Assembly (NCBI RefSeq): GCF_009914755.1
Contig: NC_060933.1
Direction: 5' to 3' (one strand)
Origin: the human T2T-CHM13v2.0 reference genome, Homo sapiens
DNA length: 64,000 nucleotides
In this document: positions 14,790-26,295 of the stretch, piece by piece
How positions within the stretch are numbered: position 1 is the first letter of the stretch
How the letters are laid out: each line of letters begins with the position of its first letter
Notes under the pieces: generated by a model
What the model was told of the DNA's origin: nothing
Databases searched by the model: none
What the model saw: only the letters and a program-made list of their open reading frames with translations
Translations under genes and position numbers: made by a program

Positions 14790-15030
14790 AGGCTGTTCAT
14801 ACTTATTGATACATGCTTTGTTCTTGGCACTATGTTAAGTACTGGACACATACAACAATTTGGAATATCGTTACATTCAACCCTCACAATAGTCTGATGT
14901 ATATGTTATTAGTCCCGTATTACAGACGAGTAAACAATATTAGAGGAAGAGAAGTACACAGCTGGAACCACACAGGCGGCACTGGGACTGGAAGCAGTTC
15001 CTTCTCACCCTGGACCACCATTTCTATGCT
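14790..15030 (-). mobile_element. MIR fragment
   Basis: 'ggcactatgttaagtact...cattcaaccctcacaatag...cccgtattacagacgagtaaac'. Confidence 0.55.
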
Positions 15031-17067
15031 GTGTCTCCACTAGAGGATCCTTTCTTTGGTTCTTCTGAGTCATTAGTCATCAATAATTTATCTCCAAACT
15101 GTAGGTTTCACAGGAGGAGATGCCACTTGAAGGTTCATGGCTTAAAATGGAGATGGAATGTGGAACATGGTGGGAAGCACCGGGAGGGGTTTATTGATAA
15201 ATTTCAAGTACTTTGTGGGGCTCTGAAAGACTGTCTTCAAATTCTTTGTCCTACTACCTCTTTCATATTCAAATGTCATATGGGTATATCTTTTGGGTTA
15301 AATTAAGGAAAATCTCCATGAAAAGTAAAAAACAAACAAACAAAAAAAACCCCAAAAGAATAGAAAGAGGTACTACGAAAAATCAACTCAGATTTCTCAG
15401 AGTTTTATTAACTCAAAGAAGCCTTGGTCCAGTTGGAAGAAGACAGAATTGATTTTGACAATCTCTAGCAAACGCTTTAGTGTTCAATGCACTCTAGACC
15501 ATGAGTATAAAGAAGTTCACTTAATAGGTTCACCAAATTAGTTAGTTTGTGTAGTTCAAAGGGAAACAGACACACAGGACTGTGAGGTTTTGACAGCTGC
15601 GAAAGGCAAGTCTGGGTCCAGTGAGCCCAGGCAGGCCATGAAGGGGCAGGGCAGGAGAAGGACGGTGCTGGGAGGCTAGGGAACTGGCCACCTCTGTGCT
15701 GGCTGAAGAACACAAAAATCAACACAGCTTTCTGCAAATGCTGCCTGTGCCTGATGGAATTAAACAGAGCTCTGAGAAAGACAGCACCAGGGCCGAGGAT
15801 GGGTCTTGAGCTGCCTACAGTCATCAATATCTTGGCCATTGGCTATGCACTCAGAGGCAATTTGGCTAGCTTTCTTGATCCACACCAGAAAACTCGCTTT
15901 TGAAGTGGTTTGGAAAGCTCCAAAAGGGAAGTGCTTCATGCTATTGGTATTGCTGCCAAAAAGAAAAGATTCTGCTTTTCATCAGCTGCTGATTTTTGCT
16001 CTCTGTATTTCTCTAGCATCTGTTGCTGGTGGCCCTGGTTATGCTAACAAGTAGATAGTGTAGCTGCAGCAGCAGAACAGAAAAGACTCTCCTGGATTCT
16101 CAGTTCCAGGCTGGCCTAGGAGCAGGCTTAGGGATGTTTCAATGTTTGAATGCAGGTGAGCTGGAGATCTGTGGCAATTCTTTTGACATGAGGTTGGGCA
16201 TTCTTTATAGCTTCCCCAGACACAGGAATTGGCAGGGCTTGAAAAAGAATCACTGGCAGGAGGTTCATTTTCTTCATTGCTACCTCTCCAGCCATAAAAT
16301 TAAAAGCTTTTTACCTAAATCACGTTAGCCATCTCGTGGGAGTAGGAGATCATTTCCTTCAGAGTCTTTCCCGATTGGAGCCTAGTCCTAGGATGGTTTG
16401 AACGGTCCTTTTGAATTTGAAGAGCTTTCTAATTGATGCTTCTCATCCCCTCTCCGACCAGTCTTATTTGGTGTCATCTGCCTTTCCCCTTCCTCCCTAC
16501 AAAACCTCAGAGTCTTGAAACAAAAATCTTTGTATTGTAAACTTCATCCTGCTAATTTCATCAATTCAAACGAACCTTCCCTTGTTTGAGTTTCCTCCAA
16601 CTGTGTGACTTAGGGCTGTTGAACTCTTTCAAATACACAGGAAAATGGAAACCTCTTTTTGTGTCTAGTGATTGTATAATAAAACATTTTCAGATGCTAA
16701 TCACATGCTTTGTGCTTTGTTAATGAATTCCAAGGATATTCTTCTTTGAAAGGTTTAAAAATATAATAACTGTCATTATATCTAATTCTGTCTACATTTC
16801 TGGTGTGAAATGAGAAGTCAGTAGCCCTGCCATCTACACAGTGCATGGTTCTACCAGCTATTTCTGTGTCACTTCAAGCAAATCACTTCTTTTCTGCCTT
16901 TTCTTCCTTTTTATGTAAAATGTGGATAACTATCTGTCTCACTGAATTCATAGAGTGACTGTATTATGTACAACAAAATTTATTGAAAAGCGTAAAGCTC
17001 TATAATTAGGTAGAATGTTACCTGTGATTTATAAGCTTTTTAAATCCTGGGGCCAGTGGAGGAAGTA

Positions 17068-17111
17068 TTCCTCTTACTGTAAAAGGACATTCCTCTTACT
17101 GTAAAAGGACA
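17068..17111. repeat. Exact 22-bp tandem duplication
   Basis: ttcctcttactgtaaaaggaca twice in a row. Confidence 0.9.
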
Positions 17112-17451
17112 TCCCTCTAATAATCTCCCTTCTTTTCCTGACTTTTCAGGGATTCTGTTCATTGCTTTTCCATTTGTCATCTGCATCTTCAATCTCTCTC
17201 CTTCTTGATGCATTTGGTCAGCATTTAAATATAAATTTTTCATTTAAAAAATCTTCTATCTTGGAGGAACCTTGATTTTGACTCTGTGTGTCTTTCTAGC
17301 TATCAAGCCATCTCCTCCTTTCTTGGCAAATTTTTCTCAAGGATTTTCCACATTTACTATCTCCTTTTGCTCATTTTCCTTTCACTCTTTATTCAGGTCA
17401 GTTTGGCTTTCACTTTCATCAAGCCTATGAAACTGCTCGTGCTAAGGTCAC

Positions 17452-17800
17452 CGTATAAGAGTGCTAGGGGCTTCCATCACAAGCTGCCACAGATTGAGTG
17501 GTTTATCTTCTCACAGCTCTGAAGACTGGAAATCCAGGATGGAATGTCAGCAGGTTTGCCTTCTTCTGAGAACTGCTGCCTTGCAGATGCCTCCCTTCCT
17601 GCTGTGTCCTCAGGCTGTGTTGCCTGTGTCTCAATCTCTTTTTACATGGACACCTGCCATATTGGTTTAGGGTCCACCCATATGGCTTCATTGGACCTCA
17701 CTTACCTCTTTGAATGCCTTCTCTAAATCAGTCCCTCTGAGGCAGTGGGGATCAGCTCTTCAACATAGGAATCTGGGGGGACACAATTCAGCACCCCCAG
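17452..17800 (-). mobile_element. MLT1 solo LTR (B/C-like)
   Basis: 'ctcacagctctgaagactggaaatccaggat...tttagggtccacc...caacataggaatctggggggacacaattcag'. Confidence 0.75.
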
Positions 17801-17831
17801 AATTGGTGATTCCTAAACATCATGAACACTA

Positions 17832-18110
17832 TTCCTCTTTCTCTCTTTCTTTCCCTTTCTTTCTTTCTTTTCTTTTTCTTTCTTTCTTTCTTCTCTCTCT
17901 CTTTCTTTCCTCTTTCTTTCTTTCTCCCTTCCTTCCTTCCCTTTCCTTTCCTTTCCTCGCTCTCCCTTCATTTTTTCCTTCCCTTTCCTTTCCTTTCCTT
18001 TCCTTTCCCTTCCCTTCCTTTCCTTGCTCTCCCTTCCTTCTTTCCTTTCCTCGCTCTTCCTTCCTTCTTTCTTTCTTTCTTTCCTTCCTTCTCTTTCTCC
18101 CTTCCTTCCA
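17832..18110. repeat. ~280-bp polypyrimidine (CT/CTTT/CCTT) tract
   Basis: Almost purely C/T on the + strand; abuts a minus-strand L1 3' end. Confidence 0.95.
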
Positions 18111-18235
18111 TTTATTTACTTTTGTTTATATAAAATTTATGGGATACATGTGCAATTTTGTTCCATGCATAGTGGTCAGTTCAAAGCTATTAGGATATCC
18201 ATCACCCAAGTAACATATATTGTACATTTTATGTA
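18110..18235 (-). mobile_element. Short L1 3'-end fragment (L1MA/PB-like)
   Basis: 'aaatttatgggatacatgtgcaattttg...ggatatccatcacccaagtaacatatattgtac'. Confidence 0.65.
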
Positions 18236-18394
18236 ATATATAAGTCCAATGGGGTCTCAGGAACATTCAGTAGAGTAGACCCCTGACCTCTTCCTCTAGC
18301 TTGAACTATTTTCTTATCAGCTTCTCCCTCTTTGCCCAAACTTTAAATGTTGAAGTTCCTAAATCCTGGGTCCTCTTCTGTTCTTATCCCATAC

Positions 18395-18614
18395 TAGGCT
18401 TGTCCAACCCATGGTCTGTGGGCCATGTGTGGCCCAGGACAGCTTTGAATGCAGCCCAACACAAATTTGTAAACATTCTTCAAGCATTATAAGATATTTT
18501 ATGATTTTTTTTAGCTCATCAGCTATTGTTAATATTAGTATATTTTATGTGTGGCCCAAGACAATTCTTCTTATTCGAATGTAGCCAGGGAAGCCAAAAG
18601 ATTGGACACCCCTG
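18395..18614 (-). mobile_element. MER30 (hAT-Charlie MITE), within L2 remnants
   Basis: Termini 'taggcttgtccaaccc' and 'gggaagccaaaagattggacacccctg' match MER30. Confidence 0.88.
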
Positions 18615-19459
18615 CCTACACAGACTCTAGACAAGGTTTTATTAATTACTATGGCTTTAGATACATTTATATGCATATGACTCCTACAGACCTCTCCTCC
18701 CAAGCTCCAAAACATTATGTACACCTGCCATCTTGAAATCTCCACTGGGATTTTCACAGGCATGCCTAAAATCAGAATTCAAAACTCGAGTTCTGCCCCC
18801 ACATCTATGCCACTTCCTCAATCATTTCCCTTTTGTTAGTTTATTTCTTTTTCAGCCTTACCATTCTTCATAAAAATTATCTCCATTTACCCATTTGATT
18901 CTTCCAGAAAGCATCATCATCCTTGATGCTTTCTTCTTCCTGCAACCCCCCCTACCATCACAATTTGCAACCAATTACTGTTATTTCACCTGCAAAATAT
19001 GTGCTAAAATTATCCGCTTCTGTCTTCTGCATCTTTCACCTGGTCTGCAAACATATACTCCTCTTTCCAACTTTTTGCCTCTCCAATACCTTCTCTATGG
19101 CACACCCAGAGAGGTTCTTCAAAAATTTCAATTACATCATGTCTCTCCTTCGTTAAAAAATATTTAATGATTTTCTACCCATGAAATAATTCTGCTAGAC
19201 TGCAAGCTCTAAAGATGCAAGGACTAGGTTTGCCTTATTTGTTTCTGTTTATGCAGAGCCTAGCCTTGCATGTAGTAGGAACTTAACACATTGACCTAGA
19301 TCTTGTCCACCTTCTCAGCCTCACCTCTCATGGAAGCACTCATAGACCTCAGTCCAGTTACTCTTTTCTCAGATCCCTGAGCTGGCCTGGTCCAGGGCTG
19401 CCTGGACCGTGATGCGTTCACTCCTGATTTGTTGGCTGGTATCTGCTTATATTCTTGCT

Positions 19460-19610
19460 ACTGTAACTGATGTCCAAGGAAGTCACATAGGCATCCCTGG
19501 GAGCTTGCTAGAGCTCAGGCACCACCCTAGATCCAATGAATCAGAATCTGCATGTTGACAAGGTCCCCAGGTGGTTCATATGTACATTCAAGTTTACGGT
19601 GCTTTGCTCT
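19460..19610. mobile_element. MER5A-like fragment
   Basis: 'cctgggagcttgctaga...gaatcagaatctgcatgttgacaaggtccccaggtggttcatatgtacattcaagttt'. Confidence 0.7.
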
Positions 19611-20061
19611 GGATCCCAGCCTGAGTGTTAGTTCTTTAAAGAGACCTTTCCCAACTGGCCAAATCTTATCAAGTCATGTGATGGATTCACCCACACGGTC
19701 TGTGATACAGAAGGGAAAAGAAGTTGAGACCTATTGATCAGAAGCTGCTCACTTTAGAGTTTTACCTAAGGGTGATCCTATCAAAAGTTCTGGATTTTGT
19801 AGAGAAGCATACAAAGTATGTGAATAGTTTGATTTGAGCACATTGAAAATTGCCAGTTTTCTTTGCTTTAACCAATGTTTGCTTTCCCTCTGGAAATCCC
19901 TTGTTACAGGTCCTTAGTTTTAGTTTGCCACATTATGACACGATGGGAATAATGCACAGCAGTGATCCTCAGTTGGTTTGGGTTTTCAATACATAATTGA
20001 TCCATGGTTGTGACATGCATTGTAGCATGTCCAACTAGAATACCTATTCTTTCAATTACTT

Positions 20062-20110
20062 TCATTACTTTCAATGGCAAAACCACAATTACTTTTGCAC
20101 TAACCTGATA
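20062..20110. mobile_element. Partial MADE1 (Hsmar1 MITE)
   Basis: 'cattactttcaatggcaaaaccacaattacttttgcactaacctgata' = one Hsmar1 TIR plus spacer. Confidence 0.75.
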
Positions 20111-21003
20111 GCTTTGCTACAAGTCAGTTGTTCAGTTTTCTTTTTTTGTTGTTGTTTGTTTTTATTTTTGCAAACACTTTAGATACTGCATAGTGGATGG
20201 ATTAGTTTGTGGTTCCTGGGATCTTCTGTGTATTCTGTTGAAGCTCAATAATCACATTACTGCGGACCTCCAAAATTTTACAAAGGACTGCACAGTGAGT
20301 ATTCAGCCGATAAACTAAACCACAGCTTAATACTGTGAGATGAAAGAAAGCACACCAATTAAAAGTAAACACTGTTTAAACCTACCTCAATGAATTTCTA
20401 AAGTGTCATACATTTATTATATTCTCTACTTGTAAAATATTTTGTTGTGTGTATTGCCAAGTATTTCAGGATTTTATGGGTATAATGTATTCTATTAATT
20501 TAACTGGAAAACTTGTAGTTATTCAACAAACAAACTAAAAGTGTTGGCAGAGATGTAATTTTAAAGCACAATCCCACTCATTCGTTCAGTATTACAGCTG
20601 CTCCTTGTTTGTTTAATAATAGAACTGATGAGTAGTTAATTTGAGAGGAAAGCTGGTGCAGGTGTAGTGCTATTTGGATGTCATGGAGGACACATGTGAC
20701 ATCTGCAGCTAGCTATATGGTAAAAGCAAAACAGAAGTTAAAATCAGCCCTGTGTCAAATCTGCATAGTTTTAGGCTTCAGGGAGTGTCTCTGTATGTTG
20801 AGGCAGGAAGTTTAGTAGAATTCCAAGGAAGTAAGAGAGGAACAAACATTTGTAGATTTTGCCTTCTATGGGGGAACTCATTCAATCATCAGGAGAACTC
20901 TTCAATAGGTTTTATTTGCTCCGGTTTACCTAGATGAAAAATTGAGACCCAGAATCCATGCTTTTCTTTCCTGGTTACACATTAGAATCACCAATGTGAC
21001 ATT

Positions 21004-21007
<4 letters not shown>

Positions 21008-21050
<43 letters not shown>
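21008..21050. repeat. (CA)n microsatellite, ~21 units
   Basis: Perfect AC run. Confidence 0.98.
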
Positions 21051-21056
<6 letters not shown>

Positions 21057-21103
21057 CCCATTAGGATGGCTGCTATCAAAAAAGAAAAAACAAAAAAATC
21101 AGG

Positions 21104-21590
<487 letters not shown>

Positions 21591-21671
21591 CTATATCTGT
21601 ATCTTTATCTACCTATCTCTATCTTCAAAAGAATGGAAAGCAGTTACTCAGATACTTGTACACCTGTGTTC

Positions 21672-22260
21672 TCTCCCCACCCCCCGTTTTTTTTTAATAA
21701 ATGGGCTCTCACTGTGTTTCCCAGGCCGGAGTGCAGGGGCTGTTTATAGGCACGACCCCCTGCTGCGGGGCTGTCCACAGGCATGACCCCCTGCTGCGAG
21801 GCTGTTTATAGGCATGATCCCCCTGCTGCGGAGCTGTCCACAGGCACGGACCCCTGCTGCAGGGCTGTCCACAGGCACGACCCACTGCTGCGGGGCTGTC
21901 CACAGGCACGACCCCCTGCTGCGGGGCTGTCCACAGGCATGACCCCCTGCTGAGGGGCTGTCCACAGGCACGATTTCCCTGCTGCGGGGCTGTCCACAGG
22001 CAGGATCTCCCTGCTGCGGGGCTGTCCACAGGCATGACCCCCTGCTGGTCAAACTGGGAGTTGTGCCCTGCTTTGTCTCCAATCCATGCCGGTTCGCCCC
22101 TCCTTAGGCAACCTGGTAGTCCCTTATCCCATGAGGTCACTGTACTAATGTCTAATTTCGTGCAGATGTCTGATCAACACTGCACACTGCAGCTCAGGAC
22201 TCCTGGGCTCAAGTGATCTGAGTAGCAGGAACTACAGGCGCATGCCACCACACCTGCCTG
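21672..22260 (-). pseudogene. 7SL (SRP RNA) retropseudogene with internal VNTR
   Basis: Reverse complement has the 7SL S-domain absent from Alu ('ccaggttgcctaaggaggggcgaaccggc', 'gtgacctc'); T-run tail near 21687-21695; 13-bp TSD tacacctgtgttc at 21659-21671 and 22262-22274. Confidence 0.9.
21736..22047. repeat. 31-bp GC-rich minisatellite, 10 units
   Basis: Unit ggggctgtccacaggcaygaccccctgctgc, 30-32 bp each. Confidence 0.95.
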
Positions 22261-23767
22261 CTACACCTGTGTTCATTGCAGCATTACAGCAGCCTTATTT
22301 ACAGGAACCACAAAATGGAAACAACCTAAAAAGTCTATTGAGGGATAGATGGATAAACAAAATGTGGTATAGATGTAAAATGGAATATTAGTGATCTTTG
22401 AAAAGGGAGGGAATTCTGATACTTGCTACCACATAGATAAAAACATTATGCTAAGTGAGACATCAAACAAAGACTACCTGATTCCATCTATATGAAGAAC
22501 CTGGAACAGGCAAATTAATAGAGACACAAAGTAGAATAGAGGTTTTCAGGAATGGCAGGAGGTGGAAATGGGCGAGGTTAGTGTCTAATGGGCACAGAGT
22601 TCCTATCTGGGATGATAGAATGTTTCGGAAATGGATAGTGGTGATGACTGCACAGCATTGTGAATGTAGCTAATGACGTTGAATTCTTTACCAGAAAACA
22701 AAAACAAAAACAGAAACACATTGCTTAAGCTTCTCAGTCCGACAGGTGACGTGCTTGGTGTGAGCTGGGGCCTAAGCCCAGGCTGCCCTCGCCAGAGCTG
22801 CTTCAAGACCCCTCTTGGTTGTACTTAGGCCTGATTGCTCTGGAGAGTCCCATACATGAAAGCCAGCTCTGGTTCTATCTCTTCTCACTCCAGTCCTCCC
22901 TGCCCCCACCATCCCCCAGCTGGGCATTATGAGAAAAGCAAGATGACTATGAGTTTTTTGATTATTTATATGACCAAATAATCTCAAGGACTATTGCTAA
23001 CTAACCCATGGGACTCCCACTACCTTCATGAGGCTCGGATGAGGTGAAGGGTCCCTAAAATCGTGCCAACTAGTCAGGAACTCAGTTGTCAATAATTTCT
23101 TTATTTGTGATACAAGCAGGCGTGGGGAAAGAGAAATGAACAGACTTGGAAGCTTCTCCGAGGCCCTAGAGAAGACCTCTGGGTTCCGAACACCAGACAC
23201 CAGGAGTAAGGAGGGTAGTTGATGATTTCCCACTCTTTCTCCAGCCCCTGCTCCTCTGTTTCTCCCCTTCACCCACTGCAGCTTCCTCAGGTCCTGGGTC
23301 CCGCGCCATCATCTCTTCGAATGACCTCCCTTCTATTCCTGTTAATAAAGGAGCATCAGCTAAGTGAATATGGTGATTTGCATACACTTACATTGATTCA
23401 GAAATTGTGTTTAATTCCACACAAGAAAAAGAATGTGGATCTTTTTCACTGGGAAAAAAAGTCGCCATGTATCATCTTAATCATGTTTTCCTGGGATATA
23501 ATCTATACGTGACGCCCATTTAAGCCTTCATTGCATCTATGCACGTGGTTTGCTTTCCTCTTGTGTGAAATAGTGTTGGACCACACGGGTTTGGGCCACA
23601 GCCCAGGAAGACACAATCCTGAACGTCATAATCCCAAATGTTGAAGTCCCATAAGATCTAAATCTGTACAGTCTAAAATCCTGAAAATTACAATCCTAAA
23701 AAAACAAAATTCTCAAAATACAATTCTGGAAAAAAATTATTAACACATTCTTTAAGAAGCATTTATT

Positions 23768-24069
<302 letters not shown>

Positions 24070-24879
24070 TTATTTATATTTTTAAGATGGAATTTATTTG
24101 AGAAACGTATAAAAACACAACAGAACCCTTCCTAGGCCACTTTACACAATCAATAGGCAATAATAACATGCATATATTTGCAAGCGTAAAACTCAGGTAT
24201 GCTAACGATAGTCTCACGGGTATAATGGTAATGAGCAGATGAGTTGTATTTGTAAAGAAATGGGTCAAAAAGCAAAATGTATAAAAGCGTGGTTGGTAAC
24301 TGGGTGCACTCAGCTTTATAACTTAGGTCATCTGGAATACTGTGACAGACAACCTAAGTCTTTTGACCAGATTCATCAAAAGCTGGGATGGGTCACCATG
24401 TAATATTCAGTCAAAGAGCTGAGATCCTAAGGAATTTTCTCTTTCCCAAATGCAAATGTGCAAAAGGATATCTTCTCATTTATTGAGGAAATTTTAATGT
24501 TTTTATGTACATGTACAATGCTTACACACAAAGTCAGTGTTGTGATAATACACTCTTGTGGAGTCAAATTTGCAAAAAAAAAAAAAAATTGCATAAAACA
24601 AATTAGAACTCTCTAAAAGTCTTTGCAAAATTTATACCTCCAGTATTGGAAATGATACTAAGATGAAATACATAGCATAGCAAGTTGTAAAAAATAATGC
24701 TGACAATTTAAAATAGTGGAAAAAATGGAAAAAGAAACACTAAAAAGAAAATTGACATACAAAAAGTATATTACATGGATAGATTATGAGCAATTGCAGA
24801 GTTCATCATAGCTGGCTGACTTTCATGATCATTAACTATATTTTGAAGTCTTGCATCACGATGAATTGTTGCCTTTTTT

Positions 24880-25970
24880 GTTTTTAGGATTTGACTCTCC
24901 TCATAAAATACATTCACATTCATTTTCTACGTGGCACTGCTCTTTTTGAAATTCTTCTGTAATTTGATACACACTGACATGAGCATTTCCTGTTACATTT
25001 TCCAATCTTCTATGCCATTCTTGTCTATTGTTTTGAGTATGTGGAAATCCATTTTGCAGGCCCTCATATACAGGCCACTCATTTGGCAGAAACAATACTC
25101 TTGATTGAACAGCAACACCGTTGCCTAAATGACTCTTATCCTACCTTGCACATCATTATTTTCAAACCAGTATGTAATATTTCTGGCTTCTTCAGGCAAT
25201 TGTGGTTTTAATTTATCAAAAGCTCCTGGAATTTTATCAGGTGGAAGGAATGCCAATACAGACAAATGACACATTTTTAAACTAAAATTTTCATCATTGC
25301 CATATGGCCTGGCCAATCCACTCACCTGAATTTTCTGGCAAATGAGCTGGGCTGAATGGAAGATATAAATTTTACTGGTAACAACTTGCAATTCACTTTT
25401 AGAAGCTTTGATCACACCTAATTAAAAACTTGTCATTATAATTTGGAGATCCAATTGAAATCTATTTTCTTCTGCAAAGCCATCCAAATCTTCAAATAAG
25501 CTTTTATAAAGTACTTCACTTTTTCCAGTTATTAAACCATAAACGTGCAGTTTAAATTACAGAATTTTGTAATCCAATGGGGGCATAAACTGCATAAAGT
25601 CGATTTAAAAAACCCACTGGGGACAGTTTTGAAAGTGCCGTTCATCAGCCAAAGTGAAGCATGCACCAGTTTTGTTATGTTAAACAAATATGTTTATCTT
25701 TTTTGACAGTCAAATCCCTAATCAAGAATAGTTCATGATTTAATATATCTTGTAGCACTGGAGGAAGCTCTGTGCCAGAAGGTGTCTGGCTCAGAAGGCC
25801 ACTGAATTTGTTGAACTATTTTTATTATCTGACAAAAGGCATTTTGTGAAGGCAAGCATGGTGCTACGTGTAGAGGTGCTTGGTACATGATTACATAATT
25901 TGGCAGACAAGATTTTGTTCATTTTTAACTTTCATTTTAACTTCTTCTGTGATATTCAAGACATTCAAAA
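24880..25970 (-). pseudogene. Decayed MULE-family transposase
   Basis: Minus-strand motifs in order: WLMNGTFKTVP (~25620-25651; DGTF motif), IMTSF*LGVIKA (TDFE-like), IFHSAQLICQKIQ (CxFH-like), F-P-EW-VY...TQNNRQEWHRR (TNNxxE-like); stops and frameshifts. Confidence 0.8.
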
Positions 25971-25979
25971 CAGTGACAG

Positions 25980-26250
25980 CAGATCTTCCCCACCTAGTCC
26001 GCTCAGACCCACACACTGATCTCTTCTGAGAAAACCATCACAGTCATACCCAAAATAATGCTTTCCCAGCTTTCCAGGGATTCCTTAATCCAGTCAAGTT
26101 GACACCTGAAATTAAGTCTGCAAGTCCACCCCTTGTAGATGTGGCACCCATATGGACCTCCTTAAACCATACATAATTTCCAAATAAAAAAGAAAACAAA
26201 GCAACAGTTGTACCTAACATGATGCAACTAACGTGGTACAACTCTCCTGT
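25980..26250 (-). mobile_element. MLT2 LTR part plus ERVL internal 3' end carried inside Ricksha
   Basis: 'ccttaatccagtcaagttgacacctgaaattaa' (MLT2 LTR terminus) followed by purine-tract complement 'agtccacccctt' and ERVL-like sequence. Confidence 0.7.
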
Positions 26251-26295
26251 GATTGTGATTTTCTGGATTTTAGATGTTAAGAATTTAGACTTTAG

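Noticed and set aside
17710-18236. F/L/S/P-rich membrane-protein-like ORFs
   Set aside because: Read-through of the polypyrimidine tract
21709-22140. Repeat-containing ORFs (WTAPQQG...)
   Set aside because: Translations of the 31-bp VNTR in the 7SL pseudogene
21672-22260. Functional SRP RNA gene
   Set aside because: Heavily diverged, has a deletion in the 5' Alu domain, a VNTR, a tail and a TSD: a retrocopy
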